From assembly GCA_003344405.1 (NCBI GenBank), contig NOWV01000001.1:930001-994000 (forward strand): 64,000 bases of DNA, in the 5' to 3' direction. The position numbers and the translations under genes are program-made. Position 1 is the stretch's first letter, and each line of letters starts with the position of its first letter. The notes beneath the pieces are model-generated. The model saw nothing but the letters and a program-made list of their open reading frames with translations, was not told where the DNA came from and made no database searches. Source of the DNA: Trichoplax sp. H2. Its lineage: Eukaryota. Positions 1 through 13,330 of this stretch are shown in pieces.

Positions 1-465
1 GTATAGACATCGATAGACTGTATCTTAACAGGAATTCAATTATTATACTGTACTTCTTTCTAAAAGGCTATGTGGACATATTATATTTCATATAATGACT
101 ATACATAAACAGTCTATATTCTCAGCACGATTAATATTGTGCTTGTACACTTAGTTGAACGATAAAATTATACTTTAGACAGCAGGGCAACATACAGTAA
201 TCAAATACAGTTTTAAAAGCTTCTGCGAACATAGCGACTGCATGTGAAGCTTCATACTCATTCAAAATGCTGCAATGTTATTTATGTTGATCAATATTCC
301 CTAATGTTATGCATGTGAGAGTATATCATACGTAGCACATTTACGTACTATCCCAGTTGCAAATGTACAATAACAACACACACTTGATTCAGTAGCAAAT
401 TTGAAGTATTTACACATTGATTTTGTACAAGGAGATTGAAGCTTTTTTTTTATAATTAATCAATC

Positions 466-3400
466 ATGCAGGAAGAAAGTAGTCCGCTAGCTGAAAATGA
501 AGGTAACAGATTCTATTCTTTGATCTAAAATTACAGCCCACACCATAACTTTAACATACTGCATGATAAATCCTTTTCACTATTTTATGCATTATTATTT
601 AGGCGGTTCTGAAAACCTACGGCAAAAGACTAGAGCGAGATTTGCCCAACTACTTGAATCATCCAAAAACACATCTGATAACCAGTAATTAAAATTTCTA
701 TTAAATGACATGACTAAAGAATACAGTACACCTATATCAAGCTAATACGATAGCAGTACATGTAAATGCTGTATATTTATCTGAAGATGTCATCCATCTT
801 AGCTTTGCTGCTACAGTAATGTTATATAATTTATTTATTTACAATCAGATTGAATTCATTAGCGATAAAATAAATTATTAAACGATATGAACTATTAGTC
901 ATCCATCATCAGAATCGATAGCTTTGATAGAAAAGTAATTACATCAGGTTTCGACATCTCTCTTTTCTAAATTTGTTAGACTTAATGAAAGCCTTAGTAA
1001 GAAAAGGCGATCGCCTCGCGGAGCATCTACACTGGTACGACAAAAATAATTCACTCAAGTTTATCATTATGAAGTACTTGCATTAAATTATTTTATCAAG
1101 AGAAATTACAATTGCTAATACATAAATATTATTAGCTCATTATCTTTAAACCCCTTTCAAATGGTTATCCATTTATTGATATTTCATGTTTATACGCATC
1201 CCGTAGTCCAACGAAGACGATGATGATCGGTTGCAGCCCCACGTGAAAATCCCTACTAAGGATAAATCTCTAAATAAAAATAAAAAGAAGTCCAAATCAA
1301 CTAGTATGTGAATAAATCACAGATACAGAAGCTATGGCTAATTGCAATAGCGAAACTGTTATTATAAATATACCAATGGCTTTATACTCTGAACTATACC
1401 GTAACCTTAACGTTATCAGGGAAAGCAAGAGATAATGACAAGGAATATGAAAATGACGAGAACACTCCAGAGAAAGTTAATTACGCAGATAATGAAGGTT
1501 ACATCCACGACGATAACAATGTATCACAGTCTATTCCGGAAGGGAAACGTACTAAGAAAAAAGCTAAATTTAAACTTAGCAACAATGAAAATCCGTACGT
1601 AGATTTTAGTACTGAGGCATAGTAAAGAATTCATCTCTAAATAATATGCCATGTATTAGTAGTGACTAAATCTATTCCTATTTCGTAGTCTACAAATCGT
1701 TTAGTAGACACCAGTTTTCAGAAAAATAGCTTTATCTTCTTTTCTGATGTCAATTTACAACCAATCTACAAATTTATCACTCTTCAGAGACGCAGATTAC
1801 ATCGACACCCCTAAAAAGCCAGACGATCAAGGGAAAGCTAAGACTGTACGCCCTACAGGCGATATTTGTAATATTGATCACCATCGAACAAATTTATATT
1901 CAAATTTTAATTTATGCTATAACAATCTGCAGATATCGCTCATAATTACGTAATATTAAAAATTGTTTTACGGTAGGCAAAATCCAAGAGTAAGAAAGAT
2001 AAAAGAAAAAAAGCAAAAGAAGATCCCGAAGCGAAAGATAAAAGTAATAAAATGGATATCACATCACTATATCCTTAATTTTACAGATCTAAAATTAGGA
2101 AATATGGTGTATCGTCACAAATATACATAATCGTAAATATGAGTTATACTTGCCCTAATGTTAATAAATTAGAAATGCTAGATTAGATGCAGTTACAGTA
2201 TATAGCAATGATTAAATAATTAAAATTAAAAGATATCTATAAAGTAAAAACAATTAGTGTTTCACTTATTGTTACTTTACCGGTTAAAGATACACGCTGG
2301 CGTACAAAAAAAGTACATGTATTTTGAAATTGTTTTGATAACTTCACTGCTATTCTTTTAAATCTAGAACGAAAAAAAGATAAATCCTTAAGGATTCCTG
2401 TGGAAGGTAATAGAACATTGCAAATGTACATGCAATTCATCATCATAGATAAATTTTGAAGCTTATTTGCGATCATAATATTTAATAGCTATACCTTACT
2501 ATCTAGAGCCGATCCTGACTATTGCTGTACATAAAGCGGATCAGTTAGAACTTGATGTACATGTTAAGCACCCATTAGTGAGAATACATCTTGTAGATAT
2601 TTCAAATGGACAATACGTTAAGAAGTCAAATAGGTAAGCATGCATTGTCATCTATTTCTATGACTCCCATAACATGTCGCTAACTTGCTATACACCAAGT
2701 ATTTGAGTTTGTATTAAGAGTCACTTAGGCCCTGACATGTATAAAAGCGTACACTAATCTACTGTTTATGATTTCTCGTAGAGAGAAGTCTGTTGTTTCT
2801 TATTATGAAAATGAAAATGATGCTGTCGATTATATCTTACCAGTGATGACACAGCCATACGACTACAAAAAGCACCGGTGCAAAAATGCTTTCAGTTATT
2901 TTACTCACTTTACAAAATAATTCTGCTGTACATGCTATGAACTTGACTACTGATTATGCATCCATATTGTAATCCAAACAGATCCTTTACACCTCATTGG
3001 GAAGAATTGATCCTGTATAATGAAGCATTTTCTTGCTTCGTTAAGCAAGATCAATCACAAACTATAGTATTTTTTGAGGTAAAGCTATATCTTAAAGGTG
3101 CCATAAGTTCTTTTAAGTATTTTGATAAACTTTTTAACAGTTAAAATTTATTTTCGTTTTATTTCCACGATCACTTCAGATTCTAGATTTTCTAGGTATG
3201 AATATTACTAACACCGCCGCTGCGGCTAATCAAAACGGAGGTTGGCACAAAATTGCGTGGGCATTCCTAAAGGTATGACTACAGCATAAAAGAACTTTGA
3301 TTATTACTATAGAATTAGTTTTGCTGACAGAAATGCTTAAAATTCCTTTAAATATGAAGCCCACTAAATATTCTAATTAAATTAATTGTGTTTATATTTC

Positions 3401-6400
3401 TTGATTCCTTAGTTAGTAGGAGGGAATGGAGAATTTAATACTGACAAAAGAGTCCGTTTACAATTATATCGTTGTCCTAGGACTGCTATTCATCGAAAAA
3501 ATGATTCTGCAGAGGTAAATATCGAGCAGGTTAATGACAGTTTTCGAACGATTCATATATACAGTATACCTAAATTTTGCAAAAAAATTTGGTTAACCAT
3601 AGATTTATAAATGGTGGAAAGACTGTCCAAGAGTGAAATACCCATCCACACTTTACGTAACTGTTAAAAGTACTAAGCCTCCTCAGAATGTCGATCCTTC
3701 AATGCGATCAATGTTCCCTGTACAAAAAGTAACGCTTAGTAAATTCTATCTAGCTTACGGTCTCTATTTGCTTGTATTTCGCTATATGTAAATATCAAGC
3801 TTTACATTCAGTAAGGTGCCTGATTTAATTTCAATCCTTACGTATATAATTAATCGGTTCTTACTATTTCTACCATTTAGGAAGAAAGTAAGATTACTTA
3901 TGATGAATTATCAAATACTATTATTGATGAAAAGAGACTAAAAGACTTGTAAGGACTGCCTTCTATTCGATTAAGTATTTAAGTCTTGCGGTAATTTGAG
4001 ATTGAACATAGGTTGATCGAGATAATTAAAAAAACAATTTATAGGAAAGCAGAAGAAGAATCGAAAATTCAATGGAGTAAATTACCAAGCCAGGTCTTCT
4101 TGACTTACATTCAATTATGATCGATCCTATGCTTATTTGGTTCGATTTTTATTATATAATTAAATTACTATATGTAGGACTGTCGTATACCTAATAAATT
4201 ACTGCATAACTTCTCCACCGGTATGAGAGGGTGCCTCGTTGTAAAATTTTCTCATAACGGAAGGTATTACGGTATATAATGTTCATGCATCGAAAAATTT
4301 TCAAATATATAACTGACAAATAAACTAAATGTTTAATATGAAATAATATCCAAAAACAGAAAAATAGCGGCAGGATGTGTAGACAAGCAAAGTTATCCGA
4401 TTCTTGTGTATGATGTAAGCAAGCAATAATGTTGTATAATTTACACACTTACTATAAATCTAAGTTGTGATAACGTTAAACTTTTCGATGTCATAATCAT
4501 TTTTTAAGTCCTATTCTTAGGGGAATTATGAGCGTAACCTATAATTCTTTAACTGCTTATGACTTTTAGCTTAAAACTGGTAAATGCTGTAACACCTTTA
4601 CCGGTCATTTTAGCATCATTTACGATGTATCATGGTCTGCTGATGACGAAGAAATTCTAACAGCATCGTCAGATGGAACGGCTAGGTTAATTTTTACCCT
4701 CTAAAAGTTACAAATTAGGCATTATCATCTTGATAAGTTTAAAGAAAAGTTTATTAACACGAATGTAGCAACCTCTTTCATTGAATATCTTTCATCATTT
4801 GTATCTATTATAGAGTCTGGAATTTTAACGAAAGTGGCGGTGCATCTAAGATTTTACCACACCCAACTTTTATTTACACAGCTAAGTATCACCCAGTAAC
4901 CTCTACCTTGGTTATTACTGGAGGGTATGATTTTGTAATTCGTATTTGGAACACGTATACCTTGGAACAAAGCGGGCAGGCAAGTCTATAATTCAGTAGT
5001 AAATCACAGAGTTAATATTATCTGTTTTCCTTGTAAATGTAAAAAAATGTTTATATATTTAATTAGTTACTAGCGGAATTACCTGGTCATAGCGGATATA
5101 TTAATACCATTGCTTTCAGCAAAGACGGTAAAATTAAAATTTAAACTAAATTTTTATAACAATAGTAGTCATAAAATTATAGCGCTGTAGTATCTGATAA
5201 TTCTTAGTAATTACCATCTACAACGTCTGTTCAGGTGATAGAATGTTTAGTGGCGATAGCGTTGGTGGCTTACTCGCTTGGAGAACTGAACTTAATATTA
5301 AAGAAACTCCTGTAAAGATAGGTAACCCTGTTCTATTAAATAATTTGTAAGAAATTCATGCTGTAATTGACTGCGTCTAAAATTTTAAAGCCGATATAGA
5401 AAAGTTCTCAATGCTGGAAAACTTAAGCGATAGCCTAATGAGTGTAAGTGTGCTCTAAATTCTTAGATATTTTGAGAAAATCTAGAAAGTATCTAAATAT
5501 ATTTGTTTATGCTAACATTTTTAACTTAGACTGCCAGCATCAATCACATTGAGTTACATCCTAACGGTCGACAATTGGTAGTTTTATGCAAAGATAGTGC
5601 AATACGCGTTGTAGACTTAAGAATGTAAGTGCTCTTTGAAATTAATTATGAGAACCTTTGTTTCGATGAATTTCTATCGACATCTCTTTTTATCTACTAT
5701 CTTATTTGTAGGGGTTCTGTTATACAAACATTTACCGGATTAACTTGCTTTAAAGATCGTATCCGTTGCACCGTTACACCTTGTGGTACATATATCATAT
5801 CAGGATCTGAAGATTGTAATGCCTACGCCTGGAATATTACCTCTGGTTAGATATCCAAAAATATCCCTTTTTCTTCTGATTCTATTCATGAATTAAAAGA
5901 TTTAACTGATCTATATTGGAATAGGCAAAAGTGCCGGAGACTTCTCTTCATTACAATATCGTTTTCCAGTTATTGATGTTGACTTTCACCCCTATGATAA
6001 TATCGTAGTCTTCTGTGCTTTTGGAGATCACCAACCTATCTTGATTTATTCTTATGATGCAATACGTAAGTAATATCATGGGTTAGAGTAGCATTTTCTT
6101 TTACAGAATTTACGTCTACGTTAAAAATGATGATTATAGACAGAATTTTGCTAATCTTACACCATTTCATTTGCTAAATAGTAAAAGATGTTAAAACGGA
6201 CAGCATCCTTAAAAATACACAGACCATGGATAATAAAGCACAAGATAGCACCGAGTTATCACGATGTAAACAATGTTAACATTATGGATGTTATTTTTAA
6301 AGAGCATAATCAATTCTTCATGTTCCTGTATACATAAATTCAATGCGGCATGTCTTTAGTTCAGGCAGTTATAACTTATACATAGATTTGACATTGCTAT

Positions 6401-8287
6401 TTTACCCTGTCTTTAATACTGGTATAATTGTCAACGTTAGCTGTCTCTCTCACTGCGACAACCGACATCAAGGCACTAAAGCAGTCAATGTTCGATGTAG
6501 CCATGTCGAAATTAAGTCTAGAAAAAGCAAAAGAAAAATTTCAAGACCCGGTGGTAAGATTTCTGAAGTAGTCTACTTTAAGACACTTGCAATATAAGAT
6601 TTGACTGATATTTATTTAATTTAATAGAAAGTCATTGAACCAGTATTAGATAGAACGGCAGGAGTGTCTCCTTTTCCTAGTAAAAGTAGTATTAATGAAA
6701 CTTGGGGCGATTCAACATTTGATAAAACGTACTTTCCTCCTTCGGGAAACGAATACAGTAATCAGACTGCTCAGCACTTGCATCCAAGTGAAATGAATTT
6801 CGGTGGTCAGATGCAACCCCAATTATCAAGATTGGGAAGTATCGTTGAGGGATACGATGCTATTGATCGATTAAGGCAAAGGACATCATCTGCTATGAGT
6901 AATGAACTACCAGATTTTAAAAATATTCGACGGGGATCTTCCGTCTTAGAAGGAAGCATAATAGCTGGATTATCGTCATTTAATGCCGGAACAGGTATAC
7001 CATATTTTCGACTATCTTTTTGAGATTTGCTTATCGCGATGATGACATCAGTCATAATCTGCAATAGAAGCTATGTATACCATTTACGTATTACGAACCA
7101 TTTTAGTTCATTTATTAATCAACTCTCCACTTAGGAACACGTCGTCCGTCTCTTATTGGAGGATATGGTGGTTATTTGGATCGTCAGTTCTCGGTTCATC
7201 CGGACGGAAACCAACCTCTATTATTTGGGCCATCATCTTCACATAGCGGAACAGTAGTAATTTCCTCTACCTAGGCAATATTTCATGTAGACCGAAAACT
7301 ACAGCAGTAGAAAGTTTATTTTTAAAATTGTTGCAAATTTATCAAATGTTTATAGGCTACCGCTTTATATGATTATGAAGCAAGTCGTTCTGATGAATTA
7401 AGCGTACGGCAAGGTGATCAAATAGCGGTCTTATACGTGGAAAACCAATGGTTGATGGGAATGCTACCTAGCGGCCAGCAGGGTTACGTCCCTATCAACT
7501 ACTTGGCAACTGATAGAGGTTACAAATGAATAATTTTATTTGATGGCTACTGGCTAGTGTATTCTTATATCGGCGTTATGGGTTATGGTGAATTATCGAT
7601 TTTATTGTAGATATATTAAAAAATTCCTCAAATGCAGACATTTCCGAAATGGGTGCAAGCGCATCAACTCAAAACCAGGCCATTAACAGTAATACGGAAC
7701 ATGTTAGTAAAAAATAGATAATGTTGTATCTTACGCATTTGAATTGTTTTTATCGACAAAATATCTAAGGAAAAGTTGCTCACTTTAGCAATTTCTTACC
7801 TAAATGTGCCACAACATCCAGTACTCAGTTTTAGTTCCAAGTTATTGATTATCATTAAAGTATCTAATGGTAATTGTTAATTTTCATCCAACTATACCTT
7901 ACAATAGTCTTAATGTGTAAATATAAAATTCAATTTAGCTTTCAGCTGTTATTAGTAAAACTGGAGAACTAAAAATTGTTTCTGGACCGGAAGATTCGGA
8001 TATAGAAAGGTATCACAAAACTAATTTATGGATAAACTGAATACTTATTTCTTTGAGACAATTATTCTTCTGCGTTTAAGTAACAAATACTTATTATAGC
8101 GTATAGTGGTAGCTAATTTACTGTCGAAAATTTGAAATACATGCAAATTTTTTATAAAGCAATTGCGAAAGTATCTTATTTTCACGTACACAGAAAAAGG
8201 AATCAAAGGCGGAAAGTTGATAACTCAGAGAAAGGCACCCGTAGGAAAGGAAGCAAAAGCCGTAAAAATCTACAGCAAACGCATTGA
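466..8287 (+). CDS. AHI1: Jouberin (AHI1), ciliary transition-zone protein; N-terminal charged region, C2-like region, WD40 repeats, SH3; about 30+ short exons
   Basis: Manual splicing gives ATG 466, exon 1 ending at 502 and exon 2 from 603 (GSENLRQKTRARFAQLLES). The exon at ~2507-2632 reads EPILTIAVHKADQLELDVHVKHPLVRIHLVDISNGQYVKK. Later exons give GWHKIAWAFLK, KYPSTLYVTVK, DCRIPNK and WD40 segments ([57 protein letters not shown]). The SH3 exon ~7356-7518 reads ATALYDYEASRSDELSVRQGDQIAVL...GYVPINYL. The stop is TGA at 8285-8287. Some internal exon borders are approximate. Confidence 0.93.
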
Positions 8288-11200
8288 TGCAGTTGTAAAG
8301 TTAAAGAGGTTCCTATTTTATATTTAGCTAACTTTTATTTTTTATCAGCTCTATTTGATATTTATAGAAATCTATTTCTTAGCAATAATCTCGTATGCTA
8401 AATTCGTAATATAGATTACTTTCTATAATTGATTTATTGACTTTTATCGCTGGGTTCGAAATAAGATTTTATCTTTTCAAAATGGATTACTTTTCATTGT
8501 ACTGTATGCTGTAATTTAATGCTGTATCAATATCCGAAATCAACTATTGATTGATTCCTTTTAATTAATCAAATGTAATATACCATGAAGCCACTTTTTA
8601 ATTCTCAGCCTAGTTTGATGATAGCTAATGTAATATGGCCATTATGGTTATCGTAATATTTCATCGACAGTACATCGGTCTGACTAGATATCAGACATAG
8701 AATGTGAATTTAAAATGTTGTCATATAGTAGTACTTTGAGTTTGTAGTAGCAAGACAAATCTCGATTATTTACGATCAAAATGTTTTGCAAAGAGATACG
8801 AATGAATTAATCGAAAAGTTTAGGTACATCTGCTAACGCATTTACTTTATATTTTATGGTCTTGTATAGTAATGAAATTTCATTAAATCTAATATTTAAA
8901 AGAGTTATTACTGGTACAAATTAATTTGGCTTGGCATTATTGAAAGATAGTTTGACAAACCTGTTTTGCGTGAGTCGTGTAAGATCTTTTAGGATACTTT
9001 TTAATGCTCTATACTGTACAATGCATAGATTTGTAATCATCATAATTAGGTTAAGCTTCTGTAATGGAGCATATGTGATTATCATATTGAGTGACGAGTG
9101 AGTCATTATTTGAACACGTTAACAGATCGTTCAAGGTCACTCAATAGGAACAAAAAAATCAGTAGAAGCGTTAGTAGTTAGGACATTCTGCAGCATATCG
9201 AGTTACGGTAATAAATAGAATACACGTATATTAAATAATCTAATCAATGATGAATTCTATTATATAGCGTACTTGAAGACTGAATGAGGTGTATATTAGT
9301 AGCCCGCTAATCGTCCATAAAATTCAACGAATCTAAGGCATGAATTTTAATATCTTCTTGCCAATACTGTAGAGCGCGATTGCGTTGGGCAATACTTACA
9401 GTATATTCATATCATTTTATTGTACTGTACAGTGTAATGAAAGCGATTTGCATGCTGTAGTTTATTGTAGATCATCATAGGCATACATTAACCTCAGTTG
9501 TAGCATGTTCTCATTCGATATTGTGCTTCAATTTACACGAAACTTATCTTGAATTAAGAAAAATATCTGCAGTTTTGCAACGAGACAGAAAAAGGAGCTG
9601 AGAATAGATCTAAAATGTTAGCTAAGCATAAATGCAGGTATCTAGAATTTAAATAGTCCTAATAGCCTTCATCCATTCTTGCAATTGTAACAAGGCCACT
9701 CACGACTAATGATGAGATGACCCACTATAAGGAATTAACTGTTCACTGAACACAAATGCTATTATCAAACATGTAATAAGTTGGCTTTCTTACAATGTAA
9801 CGCCTAAATAAGTCATCTTGATTATGATTTATGTTCAATATCACAGAAGAAACCTTCACGTATTAGTATTATGTACTGCTGAAGATCCTAATCTATACTA
9901 ATTTATTTATGTTGAAGATTTTCTTATGCTATGTTTGTGATCTCCCTTAAATACTGACCAAGTTAACATTAGACATAATTGATTGAACGACGTTAACTGG
10001 CTATAGCCAAATAAGTGAACAAATATCCCCGATAAAGAGAGTCGACATGTACGACGACTTCGAAAATGTAGAGTACTCACAGAAATTATTAATTTGAATC
10101 CCATTAATGATATATTATAATTCAATCAATTAATATCATATTGATGCAATCGAAGGCCATTTTAATCCGGGAGTCAAGGTTAATGCTGAAATTTCTTCAC
10201 ACAGGAAGAGAAAAAGTGTTGTTTGAAAATTCATTTATCGAAAAGTCTCGACATTATTGTGTAGTTTCCTGTCCATATGATTTTTATAAATAATTAAATT
10301 GATTAATAACGTCAACTAGCCTATGTCAGTCTTCGCCTATATTGCTCATCAATTGATAATATTATCAAATTAATCTAATTACGTCAGCAAATATAAACTT
10401 ATAGAAAATCTCTCTATCGACGTTATTACCGCATATTTTTGTAATTGAGGCAAATATCTATTAAGTATTACCAATTTAGTGTATAATTATAATTATAATA
10501 CATCAATGTATTAGACAATTGCAAATGAGATCGTCCACCTATAGCAAGAATTACAACTTTCAGATCGTAGCAATAGTTTTTATTGCAATCATGTTACAAA
10601 TAATCACAATAGGTGATAAAAAGCTGCCACGCCTTTGAACAGCAAAAATGTTTTCAAATAGGAATATCGTAGTTTTAGATTCAAAAATGAAAACCAGTAT
10701 TGAATTGTTACGTAAATTTGTAGGTGCGTAACTACTTGATTACAACTATTAATCCCTAAGAATTAATTCAATTTTTCCAATAAATCCCCTCCAGGACGGA
10801 TAGGAGTGACAACTACGGTATAATGCCGTCAAAATACAATTCAATTTCACTATTATATGATTGTTGTCTGTAAGTTTCGTAAAATTGCATACTTGAACTT
10901 TAGAAATTGTAATAAGTATTGATCGGGTGATTTAATAGTAACGCTAATGCAAGTATTAATAACTGTACACAAAGTATCAATCATACTCAGATCGTACTGT
11001 ATTCAAATAAATTAAAAACAGAACAAGTGCCATGTTCTAGATCTAGTCAAAAAGAAAAATTACAGATCAAAATTATATCTTTTCTACCACTAGAAGCAAG
11101 TATGCAGAATTATGACGAAACACCCTGGGTTGAAAATGAAGTTGTATTTTAATTGGTTACAATAAGTTTAACAACTGAGTATAACTAAATCTTTGAAAAA

Positions 11201-12845
11201 TGTGTAAAATTAATCAGCTGTAAAATAATCAATCTAAAGCAAAAAATGATTATTATACAGATGAAAAGTGCATGAGGCAGTTTATCAAAGTAAGCAAAAG
11301 ATATAACGTAATTTTAAAAAGGTAATCTATTGAGTATAGCTATTGAAATGCAACTCGAAAATTTGTACAATTAAAGACTAACTATGCAACGTAGTTTAAC
11401 GCTTGCGTTTAATATCTACGGTATTAAATTACTGCCAGGAAATTAAGGATGATAATTTGTAACACATTTGGCGATGAAGACAATAAATAATTATAATTTA
11501 GCCGAAATCTAAATTGCTTCGTAATGAAGAATGAAAAAGGTATTTTAAAATGATTGATCTTCCTCTTAAAGAAAGAAACAAAGATCAAGTGAATTTAAGA
11601 GTCTTCAATATCAGTTTAGCATAATAAATTATTTTAACTTACAAAGTGTAAATGAATTCTTAATAACCATCATGTTATGTTACAGTAAATGTGTAATCAT
11701 GACAATCAACTTAAATAAGTACGTGATGTATACAGAAATGATTATAATCAACCTCCTTACAATCGTATCAACTCAGCCATACAATCATTTTTAGCTCATA
11801 CAAATTATAGAGGTCGATTAATAATTAGAAAAACTGATATATTATGCGATACCAAATGTCTTGAGATGATAATTAAACGGTATTTGCAAGAATAATAATT
11901 AATAATGAAATTATAAGAGCTATCATACCAAGCTAGATATTAGCCTTTATAACTATGTCATTAATGAATGATTACTGATTCAATAATACAATAGCTATCG
12001 AAATGTAGCAATGTTATAAATTTTATGAAAAATTAACGATACATAATAAATGGATAGGCAAATAGTTAAATAGATGAATATTAAACAGTGCAAGTTAAAC
12101 ATAAATCTATGGAGAATAATGTTGGTTATAGCAGTTAAGATAAAATCATTAACTTTGCTAAAGTATAAATAGTAGAAGTATTGCTTTTGTGCTTCCCTAT
12201 TAATAAACACAAGAGTTGCACTTGCGTAGATAAAAAAGAATAGTATCTATTAACGCAAGCGAAACATGATGTAATCTATGAGAGTGAGAGAAAAAAGTAT
12301 AAGAACTCATTACAATCATTATTAGCGGTTGACAAATTAGGATCCAGCTAATTATTGCAAATTATTAGTTATTAACACAGCCTTGTTATCATGGTAATAG
12401 ACCACCGACCAGCCTTTTACATATGTAAATTATAGTCCTTATGGAAGATAAGCGAATTATTTAAAGGCTGGCAATTTAGGTAGCAGTTAGAATGGTTATA
12501 TTTTCAAGTTAGATTGCAACTAAGTGAATAGAAGACGATATCAGCGTATGGTAAATAGTGTTGATGGATAATATAATCTTATATACTGATATTAACAAGA
12601 TTTTTTAATACTTAAAAGTTGATATATCAGTACATAAATAAAGAAACTATGATGATAAAACACAGATATTTTAACTTGGATAACCATGAACCTAAACCCA
12701 ATTATGGTTTCACTAAAAAGTTTGCTGTAAATCCGATATAATAAAACTTATATGTTATACATACGAAATAGTGCATAATCTAGGATGTCTATCTTATGGT
12801 GAAAATTACATTTACATGTGAGTTAAATAACAATTTAAGCTTACG

Positions 12846-12899
12846 TATATATATATATTATATTACATATTTATATCTATCTATATATGTATATATATA
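12846..12899. repeat. Imperfect (TA)n microsatellite
   Basis: tatatatatatatta...tatatctatctatatatgtatatatata. Confidence 0.6.
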
Positions 12900-13330
12900 A
12901 ACATGATGATAAATCGTGTGTTAATCGAACCAGTACGGCCTCATTAGATTATTGTGCATTGAATAATACGTTCATCTGCCCTGATTTCATATCCATGATC
13001 AAATCACCTGATACGATATCGATGCAAAGTTTTAATTATGGCAATCACCATTAATTAAAAGAAGAAGCATACTTTCAATTGAAAATCGAGGACAAGCATT
13101 TTTTAGTATGAACAAAGTTTTAACTGTTGATTGCTACGTTAATCAGTTACATTATTATTTTTCTCAACTTCAATAAAGCCATGAGTATATATCACTTGTA
13201 TGAATACAAATTAGTTATGTTGCAGAAATATTTAATCTTGCAAGTTAACAAATTGCCATAGGTATATGATATCTATCCCTGACTCGATAATGTAAATGGA
13301 TACAATCCAGCTTTCATCTCTACCTTATAA

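Noticed and set aside
10790-11620. Exon-like purine-rich blocks with AG/GT borders between AHI1 and the cadherin
   Set aside because: No consistent frame or recognisable motif. It could be another relic but cannot be supported.
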